Position numbers and translations under genes: made by a program. DNA of 64,000 nucleotides from Ignisphaera sp. (lineage in GTDB: Archaea; Thermoproteota; Thermoprotei_A; Sulfolobales; Ignisphaeraceae). The DNA lies in NCBI GenBank assembly GCA_038892955.1, contig JAWASI010000001.1, positions 48,841-112,840 of the forward strand. The letters are read 5' to 3'. Positions within the stretch are counted from its first letter, which is position 1, and the number at the start of each line of letters is the position of its first letter. The notes under the pieces were generated by a model. The model did not search any database and was not told where the DNA came from. It saw nothing but the letters and a program-made list of their open reading frames with translations. This document shows positions 49,618-58,719 of this stretch, in pieces.

Positions 49618-51303
49618 TTAAACTCTAGAAATTTTTATTAATATAGGTTCAGCTAGTTCAGGTATAACAAGAAAAGCTTCACCTGGTTTTAATGCTGAAA
49701 CGATCTTTTTATGTTCTTTTTTTAGAATAGCGGCTGATACTACAGCATCTATATCACTAGAAGATTTGAGCGCATGTATTATCTTGGTATTAGTATTTTT
49801 AATTACAACTGGTGCTAGCATTGAAGGTGCTTGTGTAATAATAGTGAAACCTACAAACCATTTACGGACTTCGGCTATAAGAGTTGATAAAGGGCTTTCT
49901 GTATGAAAAATATTATGGGCTTCGTCTACCACAACCAAGATTGGTTTAATCATGTTATTGTACTGTGCTTTCAAGATTATAGAGCGTATCAAAAGAGAAG
50001 ATATAATTCTTCTAACTCTCACATTAGGAATAAATGATACATCAAATATGCATATCTGTCCCTTACTTATAGAGATCTTAGATAGTTTGTTCCATTGAAT
50101 ATTTAGATATGTACTAGAAAGAGGTTTAAGTTTCCTTAATAATGATTCTCGGGATTCTGCAAACCAGCGTGCTGATGCAGAGCTATTCTGTATAACATCT
50201 ATTATGATATCTATATAGTACCCGTGGCCTGTAATTTTTTGGGCTAATATGTTCACAGCATCTTCGAGGATATGTGCTTGAGCAGGAGTTAATTCTAACG
50301 AACTTTCAAGTATTTCTACAAAAGATAGTGGTTCACGTTTTATTAATTCTTCTAGGCTCAGAGGTTCTGGTATTACCCCTTTTAGCGGATTTGTGTAAAT
50401 AACATAGTTTTTATTATTTTGTAGAAGGAAACGATACTCGCCATGCCAATCTACAATTATTATTGCATAACCTTTTTCAGCAACTTTTTCAGCTAATATA
50501 GAAGCTGTTGTGGTTTTCCCACTACCTGTTGATCCAACAACAAGTATGTGTCTAAGGATATGATCATCGCTTAATGCAGCCTTTAAATTCGGGTTTGAAT
50601 AAAGGTGACCTATAGGTATCGACCCTCTACTGAAAACAGATGAAAGGTATTGATAATCCCTAACAGTATATAGGTTATAAAATGGGGTTGTAGGTATAGG
50701 ATGCAATAAAATATCATGGTTCTGTTTTTTGCTATGGCTTCTTCTTAGAATTTGTATTAGAAAATTTATAGGAGAAATACTTTGTATTGTAAAACAATTA
50801 TTAATTACCGAAGTAACGTCCTCTACTTGGTAGCATTTTATTAAACCTTGGCTTACCGATTCAAGAATGGAACATACAATTTCAAGCTCTTTTTGTGATT
50901 CCTCGGGGCTTTTACATATAACACCTATTTTTGTGCTAAGGCTTTGCGAATTCATGCATGTTAATAAGATGTAGGTAAAGCCATTTTTTATGCTTCTGTT
51001 ACTTAAGCTATCAATGCTATTAATAAATTCAGTGCTGTAATCGTTATCGAATACAACAAGTTCTGCTAAAGCTAAATAAGCCTCATTATCATTAGATGTA
51101 AAACGCAATTTTACTGTTTTGTTTACTTTTTCAAAGATCATTCCAACATTCTTTTTAAACAGATGTATCCCTTCATAATTTAAGTGCTTAATTAAGTGTA
51201 TCAATGTCCTGTAAATTATGTTGGTAAGGCGATTATGATTTATAAAGAGTTCAAACATAAGTTTGTGATGTAAGTATGTAAGGGTCTCTAGCAGAGGGGA
51301 CAT
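49618..51303 (-). CDS. HerA/FtsK-superfamily (DUF87) ATPase
   Basis: HILVVGSTGSGKTT, DWHGEY, VVDEAH, EVRKW, ITQAP. Start uncertain. Confidence 0.8.
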   Translation of the reverse strand: MSPLLETLTYLHHKLMFELFINHNRLTNIIYRTLIHLIKHLNYEGIHLFKKNVGMIFEKVNKTVKLRFTSNDNEAYLALAELVVFDNDYSTEFINSIDSLSNRSIKNGFTYILLTCMNSQSLSTKIGVICKSPEESQKELEIVCSILESVSQGLIKCYQVEDVTSVINNCFTIQSISPINFLIQILRRSHSKKQNHDILLHPIPTTPFYNLYTVRDYQYLSSVFSRGSIPIGHLYSNPNLKAALSDDHILRHILVVGSTGSGKTTTASILAEKVAEKGYAIIIVDWHGEYRFLLQNNKNYVIYTNPLKGVIPEPLSLEELIKREPLSFVEILESSLELTPAQAHILEDAVNILAQKITGHGYYIDIIIDVIQNSSASARWFAESRESLLRKLKPLSSTYLNIQWNKLSKISISKGQICIFDVSFIPNVRVRRIISSLLIRSIILKAQYNNMIKPILVVVDEAHNIFHTESPLSTLIAEVRKWFVGFTIITQAPSMLAPVVIKNTNTKIIHALKSSSDIDAVVSAAILKKEHKKIVSALKPGEAFLVIPELAEPILIKISRV

Positions 51304-51306
51304 AAC

Positions 51307-51663
51307 GTGAACCTTGAATTCAAGTGTAACGTGTTAAATGTTGAAGACTCCTATATACCAGGTGTTAAGATACTAACAATGTATTGTGGAAGAATATCAC
51401 TAAAACTAGATATATACAAGGATTTAAACCCTGTGGAGAAAGGCGACATAGTCTATATTGGTGTTTATAAGTCATTACCGCCATATAATAAAGGCATAGA
51501 TTTTGTAGCCCAAGGATATGTTGTTACAAAAAGAAAGCAAAATGATTTAGTAAAGATATACATAAGCTTGTGGGGGTACCTAGTAATTATCTCAACAGCT
51601 GATACAGAAATAGAAAACATGTTCAATCCAATGGATAAAGTCTACGTGAAAATATGGAAATGA
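51307..51663 (+). CDS. rpo8: RNA polymerase subunit Rpo8 (RpoG)
   Basis: OB-fold pattern, DFVAQGYVV, ISLWG, DKVYVKI; adjacent to Lsm and tgtA. Confidence 0.8.
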   Translation: MNLEFKCNVLNVEDSYIPGVKILTMYCGRISLKLDIYKDLNPVEKGDIVYIGVYKSLPPYNKGIDFVAQGYVVTKRKQNDLVKIYISLWGYLVIISTADTEIENMFNPMDKVYVKIWK

Positions 51664-51754
51664 TATTTCGATAAGTAGATTCTACGCCAAAAATGTTAGT
51701 TTAACACATTGGCTTATTATTTGTTGCTTCTCTCTACCTATAAGGTGTGACAAA

Positions 51755-52195
51755 TTGAGTTATGGCCCTAGAAGTATTGCAAGCGAGCTTACGCGATTAA
51801 TAGATAAGAAGGTTATAGTAAGACTTGCTGATGGTAAGACATACACAGGTAAATTGTTATCTTACGACCCTTCGGTACTTCATGTAGTATTAGGCGATGC
51901 TGAGGGGGATAATGGTGCTAAATTTTACCGTGTAATTATAAATGGTGATAGAATTTCTGAGATACTAGTGCAGGAACAACCTTTATTCGATGCTGATGAA
52001 TTTGCATCACTACTTATGACTAAGTTAGGATTAAGATCGGATGTTATTAAGGTGTTACATGATACCAATGTTGTTATAGTCTATGACAGAATAAAAGTTA
52101 GCGAAGCAGGTGTTGAAGGCACAGGAAGCTTTGCTCAAAGAATATATGAGATATATTTAGATTACATAGAAAGTAAGAAAAAAGGTGCCAAGTAG
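51755..52195 (+). CDS. Lsm protein with C-terminal domain (SmAP3 type)
   Basis: V.VRLADGKTY.GKL..YD....VVL.DA, IING..ISEI, plus a ~70-aa extension. Confidence 0.85.
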   Translation: MSYGPRSIASELTRLIDKKVIVRLADGKTYTGKLLSYDPSVLHVVLGDAEGDNGAKFYRVIINGDRISEILVQEQPLFDADEFASLLMTKLGLRSDVIKVLHDTNVVIVYDRIKVSEAGVEGTGSFAQRIYEIYLDYIESKKKGAK

Positions 52196-52224
52196 TTTGT
52201 TTCGAGATCAAGGATATAGATTTA

Positions 52225-53808
52225 TTGGGTAGAATAGGTAGATTAAAGACTAGTCATGGAATAATAGAAACACCATATATTTTTCCTGTTGTAGATCCAA
52301 CTTTAAAACGGCAATTCGTGAGCCTAGAGGTAATTAAGAACATAGGGTTCAATGGGATTATTACTAATGCATACCTTCTAAAGAAGAATGTTAACAAAGT
52401 GGTAGATATTCACAACTATCTAAACTTTGATGGAGTTGTAATGACTGATTCGGGTGCATACCAAGTACTTAGGTATGGAGGTATCGAAGTATCTAATAGG
52501 GAAATAGTACAATATCAATGCGATATTAGAAGTGACATAGCGGTAATTCTCGATATACCAACACCTTATAATGTATCCTATGAAGAAGCTTTGAGAAGCG
52601 CAGAAATAACATATCAAAGAGCAATGGAAGTAGCCGACATAATTAATCTATGCAAGGATACACTATGGACATTACCAATACAAGGTGGAACTTATATCAA
52701 TATACTTAAAGAATATGCTAAAAAATCTGCTAATATATCAGGATATGGCTATAGTATTTACGCTCTTGGAAGTCCTACAACTCTACTAGAAAACTATATG
52801 CTGGACAAAGTTGTTGAAATGATAGTAGCTGTAAGGTTAACAATAGAACCTTCAAGTCCATTACATCTATTTGGCGCGGGCCATCCATTAATAATGCCCT
52901 TTGCTATAGCCTTAGGTGTTGATCTCATGGATTCGGCTAGCTATATTCTATACGCAAGAGATAAACGGTACATGACTAAACGTGGAACATACAAAATTAC
53001 TGAATTACGGTACCTTCCTTGTTCATGTCCTATATGTTCTAAGCATACTGTGGAGGAGATGATGAAAATGACCAACGAGGAATTAACAAAGCTTTTAGCA
53101 CTACACAACCTATATGTACTTTACACAGAGTTAAAGGAGATAAAAGAGTGTATACGTGAGGGTAGACTATGGGAGTACTTAGAAGAAAGAGCAAGAGCAC
53201 ATCCAGCAACTAAAAGAGCCTTCGACGTCATCAAAAAATACCTTGAACATATTTACTCACGGAGTCCTTATAAAAAGCCTAGAGGTAAAGGAGTATTTAT
53301 CTTGTCGGATGATTCTATCTACAACCCTAAGATTATGATTCCTAGAAGAAAAATCTTAATAGAAATAACGCCGAAGAGAACTTGTGTTGTTTTTGTACCT
53401 TTAACTAAGTTCTCTAATGCTCGTTTTAATGTACATTTACATTATACAAGCATACTTAATGAAGTAAACAAAATCTATGAAAGCAAGGTACAACCATGTG
53501 ATATGTATTTATACCATCCTATAATAGGTATAGTGCCCAGCGTTCTATTAGCAGCTTATCCCTTTTCGCAATTTGAATCATATACAACGTATTCGCCTAC
53601 GTCTATAAAAACCCTGGTATACACCCTTATAGAATATATAATAAGGATAACTAAAGATTGTAATGTTGATAAAAATGTGGTACTCATATATGATTACATT
53701 GAATGGCAGTATGTATTCGGAAACCTTTTAGAGGCTTATATTAACATTTTAAAATCCAAAAACATAGATATAGAAATAGTAAAGATTAAGCGGGATAACT
53801 TTCTGTAA
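52225..53808 (+). CDS. tgtA: tRNA-guanine(15) transglycosylase (true start upstream, see findings)
   Basis: GRIG.L.T..G.IETP, MTDSGAYQ, HLFGAGHP, CSCPIC, HNL. Confidence 0.93.
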   Translation: MGRIGRLKTSHGIIETPYIFPVVDPTLKRQFVSLEVIKNIGFNGIITNAYLLKKNVNKVVDIHNYLNFDGVVMTDSGAYQVLRYGGIEVSNREIVQYQCDIRSDIAVILDIPTPYNVSYEEALRSAEITYQRAMEVADIINLCKDTLWTLPIQGGTYINILKEYAKKSANISGYGYSIYALGSPTTLLENYMLDKVVEMIVAVRLTIEPSSPLHLFGAGHPLIMPFAIALGVDLMDSASYILYARDKRYMTKRGTYKITELRYLPCSCPICSKHTVEEMMKMTNEELTKLLALHNLYVLYTELKEIKECIREGRLWEYLEERARAHPATKRAFDVIKKYLEHIYSRSPYKKPRGKGVFILSDDSIYNPKIMIPRRKILIEITPKRTCVVFVPLTKFSNARFNVHLHYTSILNEVNKIYESKVQPCDMYLYHPIIGIVPSVLLAAYPFSQFESYTTYSPTSIKTLVYTLIEYIIRITKDCNVDKNVVLIYDYIEWQYVFGNLLEAYINILKSKNIDIEIVKIKRDNFL

Positions 53809-53825
53809 CGTCAGAAACATGTATA

Positions 53826-53879
53826 AGATGATGAAGAAGAGCCGAATTGATTTGATGATATGATTATCCTCAGCTGATA
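53826..53879 (+). ncRNA. C/D box sRNA
   Basis: ATGATGA-AGAAGAGCCGAA-TTGA-TT-TGATGA-...ATTATCCTCAG-CTGA; first guide complementary to the 23S motif UCGGCUCUUC. Confidence 0.85.
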
Positions 53880-54717
53880 AATTTGTCACGAATGTAGCCA
53901 GATACGAGATTCATGTTTAGTGTAGAAACTGAGGACTTACCATTTATTACACGATAATCAAAATAGTGAATTATGTGTATTTATTTATTGATCCAACATA
54001 AGATAAAATTTTGTATTATTATAGTGATTCATAAAGATAATAAAAGATAATATATAACACATAATAACGATTAAAATGTCTATGAAAATACTCTATACTT
54101 AGTTAGCAAATAACAACTTTAGTATCTGATTCAGTATTTATTTATGAAAGGATTCAAACCAGTTATCGAAAAAATTTGATCAACTAAGTAATACAGACTA
54201 AGCATATTATAGCTATTAAGCATATTTACGCCCAAATCGACTATTAAATTGTTTTATGTTATAGAATTAAAGGTTATGTTATTTTCTCTAAATTAGTAAA
54301 TGTTTAAGGTAAACTTAAATATTAATTTTAATTCAAATTAGAACTGGCAAATGGTGTAGATACTTGTTGACAACTTGCATCAAGTTTTGCAAAAAGCCTT
54401 ACTCACTTATGTTACACATTGTGATAGCTAAAGAGTTCACCAAAATATGTAGCTTATTGAGATCCTCAAGAATTAACTACATAGCATACGCTCCTATTGA
54501 TACTGTCATCAGTAAAATGAAGATTAAACTATTTAAATCAATACAAAATATGAAGATTTTAAAGAGTTCTCAAAGATATGGAGTATGTAGAAGTAAATTC
54601 AGTAGAGTTTTTTACAATATTTGTCATCGTTTAATTATGAAGTGGTTTAAAATACCGAAAACATATCATTAAGTGAAGTAGCTATGAGGCTATTACTTTA
54701 ATAGAAAAGGGGTACCT

Positions 54718-55971
54718 ATGATAGATGTCAATAAGGTTAAAGAAGATTTTCCTATATTTAATGTGTATCCTGATTTGATATATCTAGATAATGCTGCTAC
54801 TACACATAAACCTATTCAAGTGATAGAAGCAATAAGTGATTTCTATTCACAATTTAATGCAAATATACATAGGGGAATATATAGGTTGAGTATTAAAGCC
54901 ACAGAATTATTTGAAGAGGCTCATGAAAAAGTTGCAAAGTTTATTGGCGCTAATAAATGGTTTGAAATAATATTTACGAAGAATAGCACAGATTCTATTA
55001 ATATACTTACTTATGCTCTTCTTGACCATCTTAGTAACGAAGATGAAATAATAATAACTTTGATGGAACATCATAGTAATATGCTTCCATGGTTAAGATT
55101 AGCAGAAATAAAGAACCTAAAGATAAAAATTATTGAAGTAACCAACGATGGGTTGTTAAGGTATGATCAACTAGAAAAATTTGTTACAAAAAAGACTAAG
55201 GTTGTAGCTTTTACCCATGTATCGAATGTCTTAGGAACAATAAATAATGTAAAGAGAATTGTTAAAATAGTTAAAGAGTTATCGGACGCTATAGTAGTTT
55301 TAGATGGCGCTCAATCAGTCCCCCATATGCCTATAAACGTTAAGGAATTAGGCGTGGACTTCATGGTCTTCAGCGGCCATAAAATGCTAGGACCTACAGG
55401 TATTGGTGTACTATGGGGGCGGGAAGATCTCCTAAAAACGTTAAAGCCTTCGATTTATGGGGGAGATATGGTTGAAAGCGTTGAAATATACGTAGAAAAT
55501 GGTTCCATAATCAATAAAAATATTAAGTATGCTTCACTTCCATGGAAATTTGAAGCAGGTACACCAAATATTGCAGCTGGTATTGGATTAGCGAAAGCTG
55601 TTGACTACCTTATACGTTTAGGAATGGAAAACGTCTATAGACATGGAAATGCATTAGCAGAATACACAATCAAACGATTGCAAGAAGAGTTAGGTGATAA
55701 CGTACTAATCGTGGGTCCTAAAGATACAAGTCTTCGAGGAAGCTTAGTATCGTTTATTATTCGCGGCGTAGACCCTCATGTTGTAGCAACACTTCTGTCT
55801 ATGAACAATATAGCTGTTAGAGCTGGATTTCATTGCGCACAACCTCTACACCTATACCTTGGTCTTAAGAAAGGTAGTGTTAGAGCTAGTTTCTATGTAT
55901 ACAATGACTATAGCGATGTTGACTCATTTGTAGAAGAACTAAAGAAGATATATATGTTAACTATGCGATAA
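54718..55971 (+). CDS. sufS: Cysteine desulfurase, SufS type
   Basis: YLDNAATT, EHHSN, SGHKMLGPTGIG, RAGFHCAQP. Confidence 0.93.
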   Translation: MIDVNKVKEDFPIFNVYPDLIYLDNAATTHKPIQVIEAISDFYSQFNANIHRGIYRLSIKATELFEEAHEKVAKFIGANKWFEIIFTKNSTDSINILTYALLDHLSNEDEIIITLMEHHSNMLPWLRLAEIKNLKIKIIEVTNDGLLRYDQLEKFVTKKTKVVAFTHVSNVLGTINNVKRIVKIVKELSDAIVVLDGAQSVPHMPINVKELGVDFMVFSGHKMLGPTGIGVLWGREDLLKTLKPSIYGGDMVESVEIYVENGSIINKNIKYASLPWKFEAGTPNIAAGIGLAKAVDYLIRLGMENVYRHGNALAEYTIKRLQEELGDNVLIVGPKDTSLRGSLVSFIIRGVDPHVVATLLSMNNIAVRAGFHCAQPLHLYLGLKKGSVRASFYVYNDYSDVDSFVEELKKIYMLTMR

Positions 55972-56010
55972 CTCTTATGAATGCTATATATGAAGTTTAA
56001 GCTTTGTGTC

Positions 56011-56571
56011 CTACTTGTCAATATCTGTGGAAGTCTTTAGCCTATAGCCTCTATTCATAAGCTTACGCATACACTTAGAGCAGAATAAATGCTTCTTTTT
56101 ATCTACTTCAAAAACAGAGTTGCTAAACTTCATAACACAGCCAGGGGTTAAGCAGTGGTTTAACCCCATTAAGTGGCCTAATTCATGTACAACTTCTTTT
56201 CTAACTCTTTGAACATAATTATTAGGATCTGTTTGCATTTGTAATCTATATGTAAATACTGCCGCTGATCTTACAGCAGGTATAGCAAGTCCGAAAACAA
56301 AATTTAAGTTAGGTACATAAGCATCAACACTAGTTAAAAGTACGACGTAACACCCTGGTTTCGAAAAAACCGAAGCTAAGTAAACAATTCCCTCAGCATA
56401 ATACTGTCTTCTACGTAAGTCGTATAGATGATCTGGTATATCTACAAGGTCCTCCACCATTTCAACATATACATCCTCAAAAATCTCATACAGTACTTCA
56501 CTACAAGATTTCAATAAACTGAGTTCTATCCCTCGAGTTCTGAGCATCAACACATTGAGTTGCACTATCAT
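56011..56571 (-). CDS. amzA: Archaemetzincin Zn metalloprotease
   Basis: LNFVFGLA, HELGHLMGLNHC...CVMKFS...FC..C. Confidence 0.9.
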   Translation of the reverse strand: MIVQLNVLMLRTRGIELSLLKSCSEVLYEIFEDVYVEMVEDLVDIPDHLYDLRRRQYYAEGIVYLASVFSKPGCYVVLLTSVDAYVPNLNFVFGLAIPAVRSAAVFTYRLQMQTDPNNYVQRVRKEVVHELGHLMGLNHCLTPGCVMKFSNSVFEVDKKKHLFCSKCMRKLMNRGYRLKTSTDIDK

Positions 56572-56630
56572 AACCTTTACCTAGGCATGCCTCCATCGAT
56601 TTAATATCATTGTATTGAATACATATATGA

Positions 56631-56684
56631 CTTCAGTAAGGGTTGAGTTCTTCATCTAATCCGAATTGGAGTCATTCATCACCC
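56631..56684 (-). ncRNA. C/D box sRNA
   Basis: GTGATGA-ATGACTCCAATT-CGGA-TTAG-ATGAAGA-ACTCAACCCTTA-CTGA; first guide complementary to the 16S motif AAUUGGAGUCA. Confidence 0.85.
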
Positions 56685-56744
56685 CAGAGCTCGATTTAAT
56701 ATATGCCTAAGTAAGCTTATTTACCTAGTAAAACATAAACATAA

Positions 56745-56826
56745 GTGATCCCGGTGGCCCGTGCAAAGGAGCCCCGTTGTACCGGGGCTATATGTGCACG
56801 GAGTGGGCCACCCCCGGCCCTTTCTT
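56745..56826 (+). ncRNA. Unassigned GC-rich structured RNA candidate
   Basis: Nested stems GGTGGCCC/GGGCCACC, GTGCA/TGCAC, AGCCCCG/CGGGGCT; TATA-like CTTATTTA upstream, TTTCTT downstream. Strand is inferred. Confidence 0.55.
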
Positions 56827-56832
56827 ATCTCT

Positions 56833-57705
56833 CTAAGATCTACATATAGTAATTATAGAGTTTTTAGAAACACCGAGAAGATCTTTTGCAGAACCTTTAT
56901 TAACAGCTAATTCTGCTAATCCGAAGCTATTTTCATATAGAACTAATGTACCTTTCGGTGCAATTGAGAATACTTCTTTAACTTCTCCAACGAATTGTTT
57001 ACCCTGAGTGTAGATATTTACTATTGAGCCTATGCTTAAATTAAGTAATTGCTTTAGTTGATCTAATTGCACAGATAATATTAGGTTACCAAATTTATCG
57101 ATGTGCACCACTTTGAGTTGTACACAATTGTCTACAATTTTCAGAAATCCTAAGCCTATGTCCAGTTCTGCTAAAGATTCTTTATCAACACTTCTACCTA
57201 AATCCTTGAAATTTGCACCACAAACTATGTGAGCTGCTACAGGCATGAATATGTCTCTACCGTGAAATGATTTAGAAATAGGTTTACGAAAGTAATATTC
57301 GTTCTCTAGCAACCTAACATCAATTATATTGTCGGTTTTTGCTGCAGTCACTAAAATGCCGTTATCAGGTCCTATGAATATATAATTCGTCGTAGCTATG
57401 GCTATAGCTCTTCTACTACTTCCAACTTCCGGATCTACTATTGCTACAAATATAGTGCCCTTGGGAAAGTATTTATATACCATGTACAGAACTAATGCAG
57501 CTGATTCTACATTAAAACTACTTATTGTATGAACTATATCCAGGATTTTTGCCTCAGGACATATACTTAAAGCCACAGCTTTCATAGCTGCAACATATGG
57601 GTCTTCTAAACCGAAATCTGTTAATATAGCTATGATACCACAAGGCTTTGGATACATTACATCTAAATTACTGCTTGATATATTAGGATATAACAATATG
57701 AACAC
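56833..57705 (-). CDS. SAM hydroxide adenosyltransferase / chlorinase-fluorinase family (DUF62)
   Basis: LTDFG, VDPEVGSSRR, GPDNG, FHGRDIF, IDKFGN. Likely start near MYPKP. Confidence 0.92.
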   Translation of the reverse strand: MFILLYPNISSSNLDVMYPKPCGIIAILTDFGLEDPYVAAMKAVALSICPEAKILDIVHTISSFNVESAALVLYMVYKYFPKGTIFVAIVDPEVGSSRRAIAIATTNYIFIGPDNGILVTAAKTDNIIDVRLLENEYYFRKPISKSFHGRDIFMPVAAHIVCGANFKDLGRSVDKESLAELDIGLGFLKIVDNCVQLKVVHIDKFGNLILSVQLDQLKQLLNLSIGSIVNIYTQGKQFVGEVKEVFSIAPKGTLVLYENSFGLAELAVNKGSAKDLLGVSKNSIITICRS

Positions 57706-57713
57706 CTAATCTA

Positions 57714-57767
57714 GTTCAGCTCGGAGAGTTTCAATCATTAACTCAGCCCGTCTTGAATTCATCACCA
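57714..57767 (-). ncRNA. C/D box sRNA
   Basis: GTGATGA-ATTCAAGACGGG-CTGA-GTTA-ATGATTG-AAACTCTCCGAG-CTGA; first guide complementary to the LSU motif CCCGUCUUGAA. Confidence 0.88.
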
Positions 57768-57881
57768 ATTTATTTCATTATTCTTTACAGTATAACAGAG
57801 CTAAAAACGTTGCTATAATCCTAGTGTTTAATAGATTTTAAATCAGCATAGCGTTAAATATGTGACATTTTAGGGGTAAAA

Positions 57882-58205
57882 ATGGAAATAAACGAAGTTT
57901 GTTTAAGGTTGAAGCGATTCTTAAGGTTATGCGAAGAATATACCAATGTAAGTGTATTGGTAGAAAGACCTGATTACTATATAGTCCGCTACTTAGTAGT
58001 AGCTCTAAGGAATCTTGCAATTATAAGACAAGAATTATATCAAGAACTTGTTGATGTATGTGGCGAAAATTTAGTTAAAGAACTAGACACTTCAGGTTTA
58101 CAGTTCCTTATCGCAAGATATAGCTGTACTAAAGATGATTACGTACTTAAGCTATTAAAGCAAGTATGTCCTTGTTTCATCAATGTTCTGAACGCTTACT
58201 GTTGA
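57882..58205 (+). CDS. Hypothetical protein
   Basis: ORF with GGGGT SD; no recognisable motif. Confidence 0.55.
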   Translation: MEINEVCLRLKRFLRLCEEYTNVSVLVERPDYYIVRYLVVALRNLAIIRQELYQELVDVCGENLVKELDTSGLQFLIARYSCTKDDYVLKLLKQVCPCFINVLNAYC

Positions 58206-58596
58206 GATTTTTCTCACTCTCTATAAGCTCTATTGCTTTAGCTAAATCACCACCAGCTTTAACTATGGCTTCCCTAGCTTTCTCCAAGGAGACATTTGTG
58301 TATTCAGCTACGAATTTTATATCTTCTTCAGATATCGTTAACGTTGGTTGAGGCGAAGGTAATATAGATTGTTCTGTGGTAGTTTTAGGTTCTTCACGTA
58401 TATTTTGACCTAATATGTAGAACATTTTCTGGTCACCAAATTCTATGACGAAGACCTCAGGATTTTCTAGTACAATTTTCTTATCACTTAATTCTATATA
58501 GGCCATCCTCGCATTCTCTATTTGATCCATCTTTATACCGAGTTTTTTCAACTGTTTCAATTGTTTTTGAAGTTCACGTGGATTTATCGGAAACAT
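58180..58596 (-). CDS. nac: Nascent polypeptide-associated complex protein
   Basis: NPREL, NAC domain, UBA-like SEEDIKFVA...GDLAKAI. Confidence 0.92.
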   Translation of the reverse strand: MFPINPRELQKQLKQLKKLGIKMDQIENARMAYIELSDKKIVLENPEVFVIEFGDQKMFYILGQNIREEPKTTTEQSILPSPQPTLTISEEDIKFVAEYTNVSLEKAREAIVKAGGDLAKAIELIESEKNLNSKRSEH

Positions 58597-58719
58597 TTTA
58601 GACCCTTATCTTTAAAAGTGTATTCTGGGTATTTATAGCATTCATAATGTTGAAATAGAAGCTATAATTGTGTCCCTAGAACTAGGTAACAAATAATTCA
58701 TTGCCAAATCCCGAATTGA

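Noticed and set aside
54364-54672. 102-aa ORF
   Set aside because: No recognisable motif, in an AT-rich gap; unsupported as a gene.
56745-56826. Split tRNA half, 5S/SRP fragment or canonical H/ACA RNA
   Set aside because: No D/T-loop consensus, no recognisable 5S/SRP motifs, no ACA box or k-turn.
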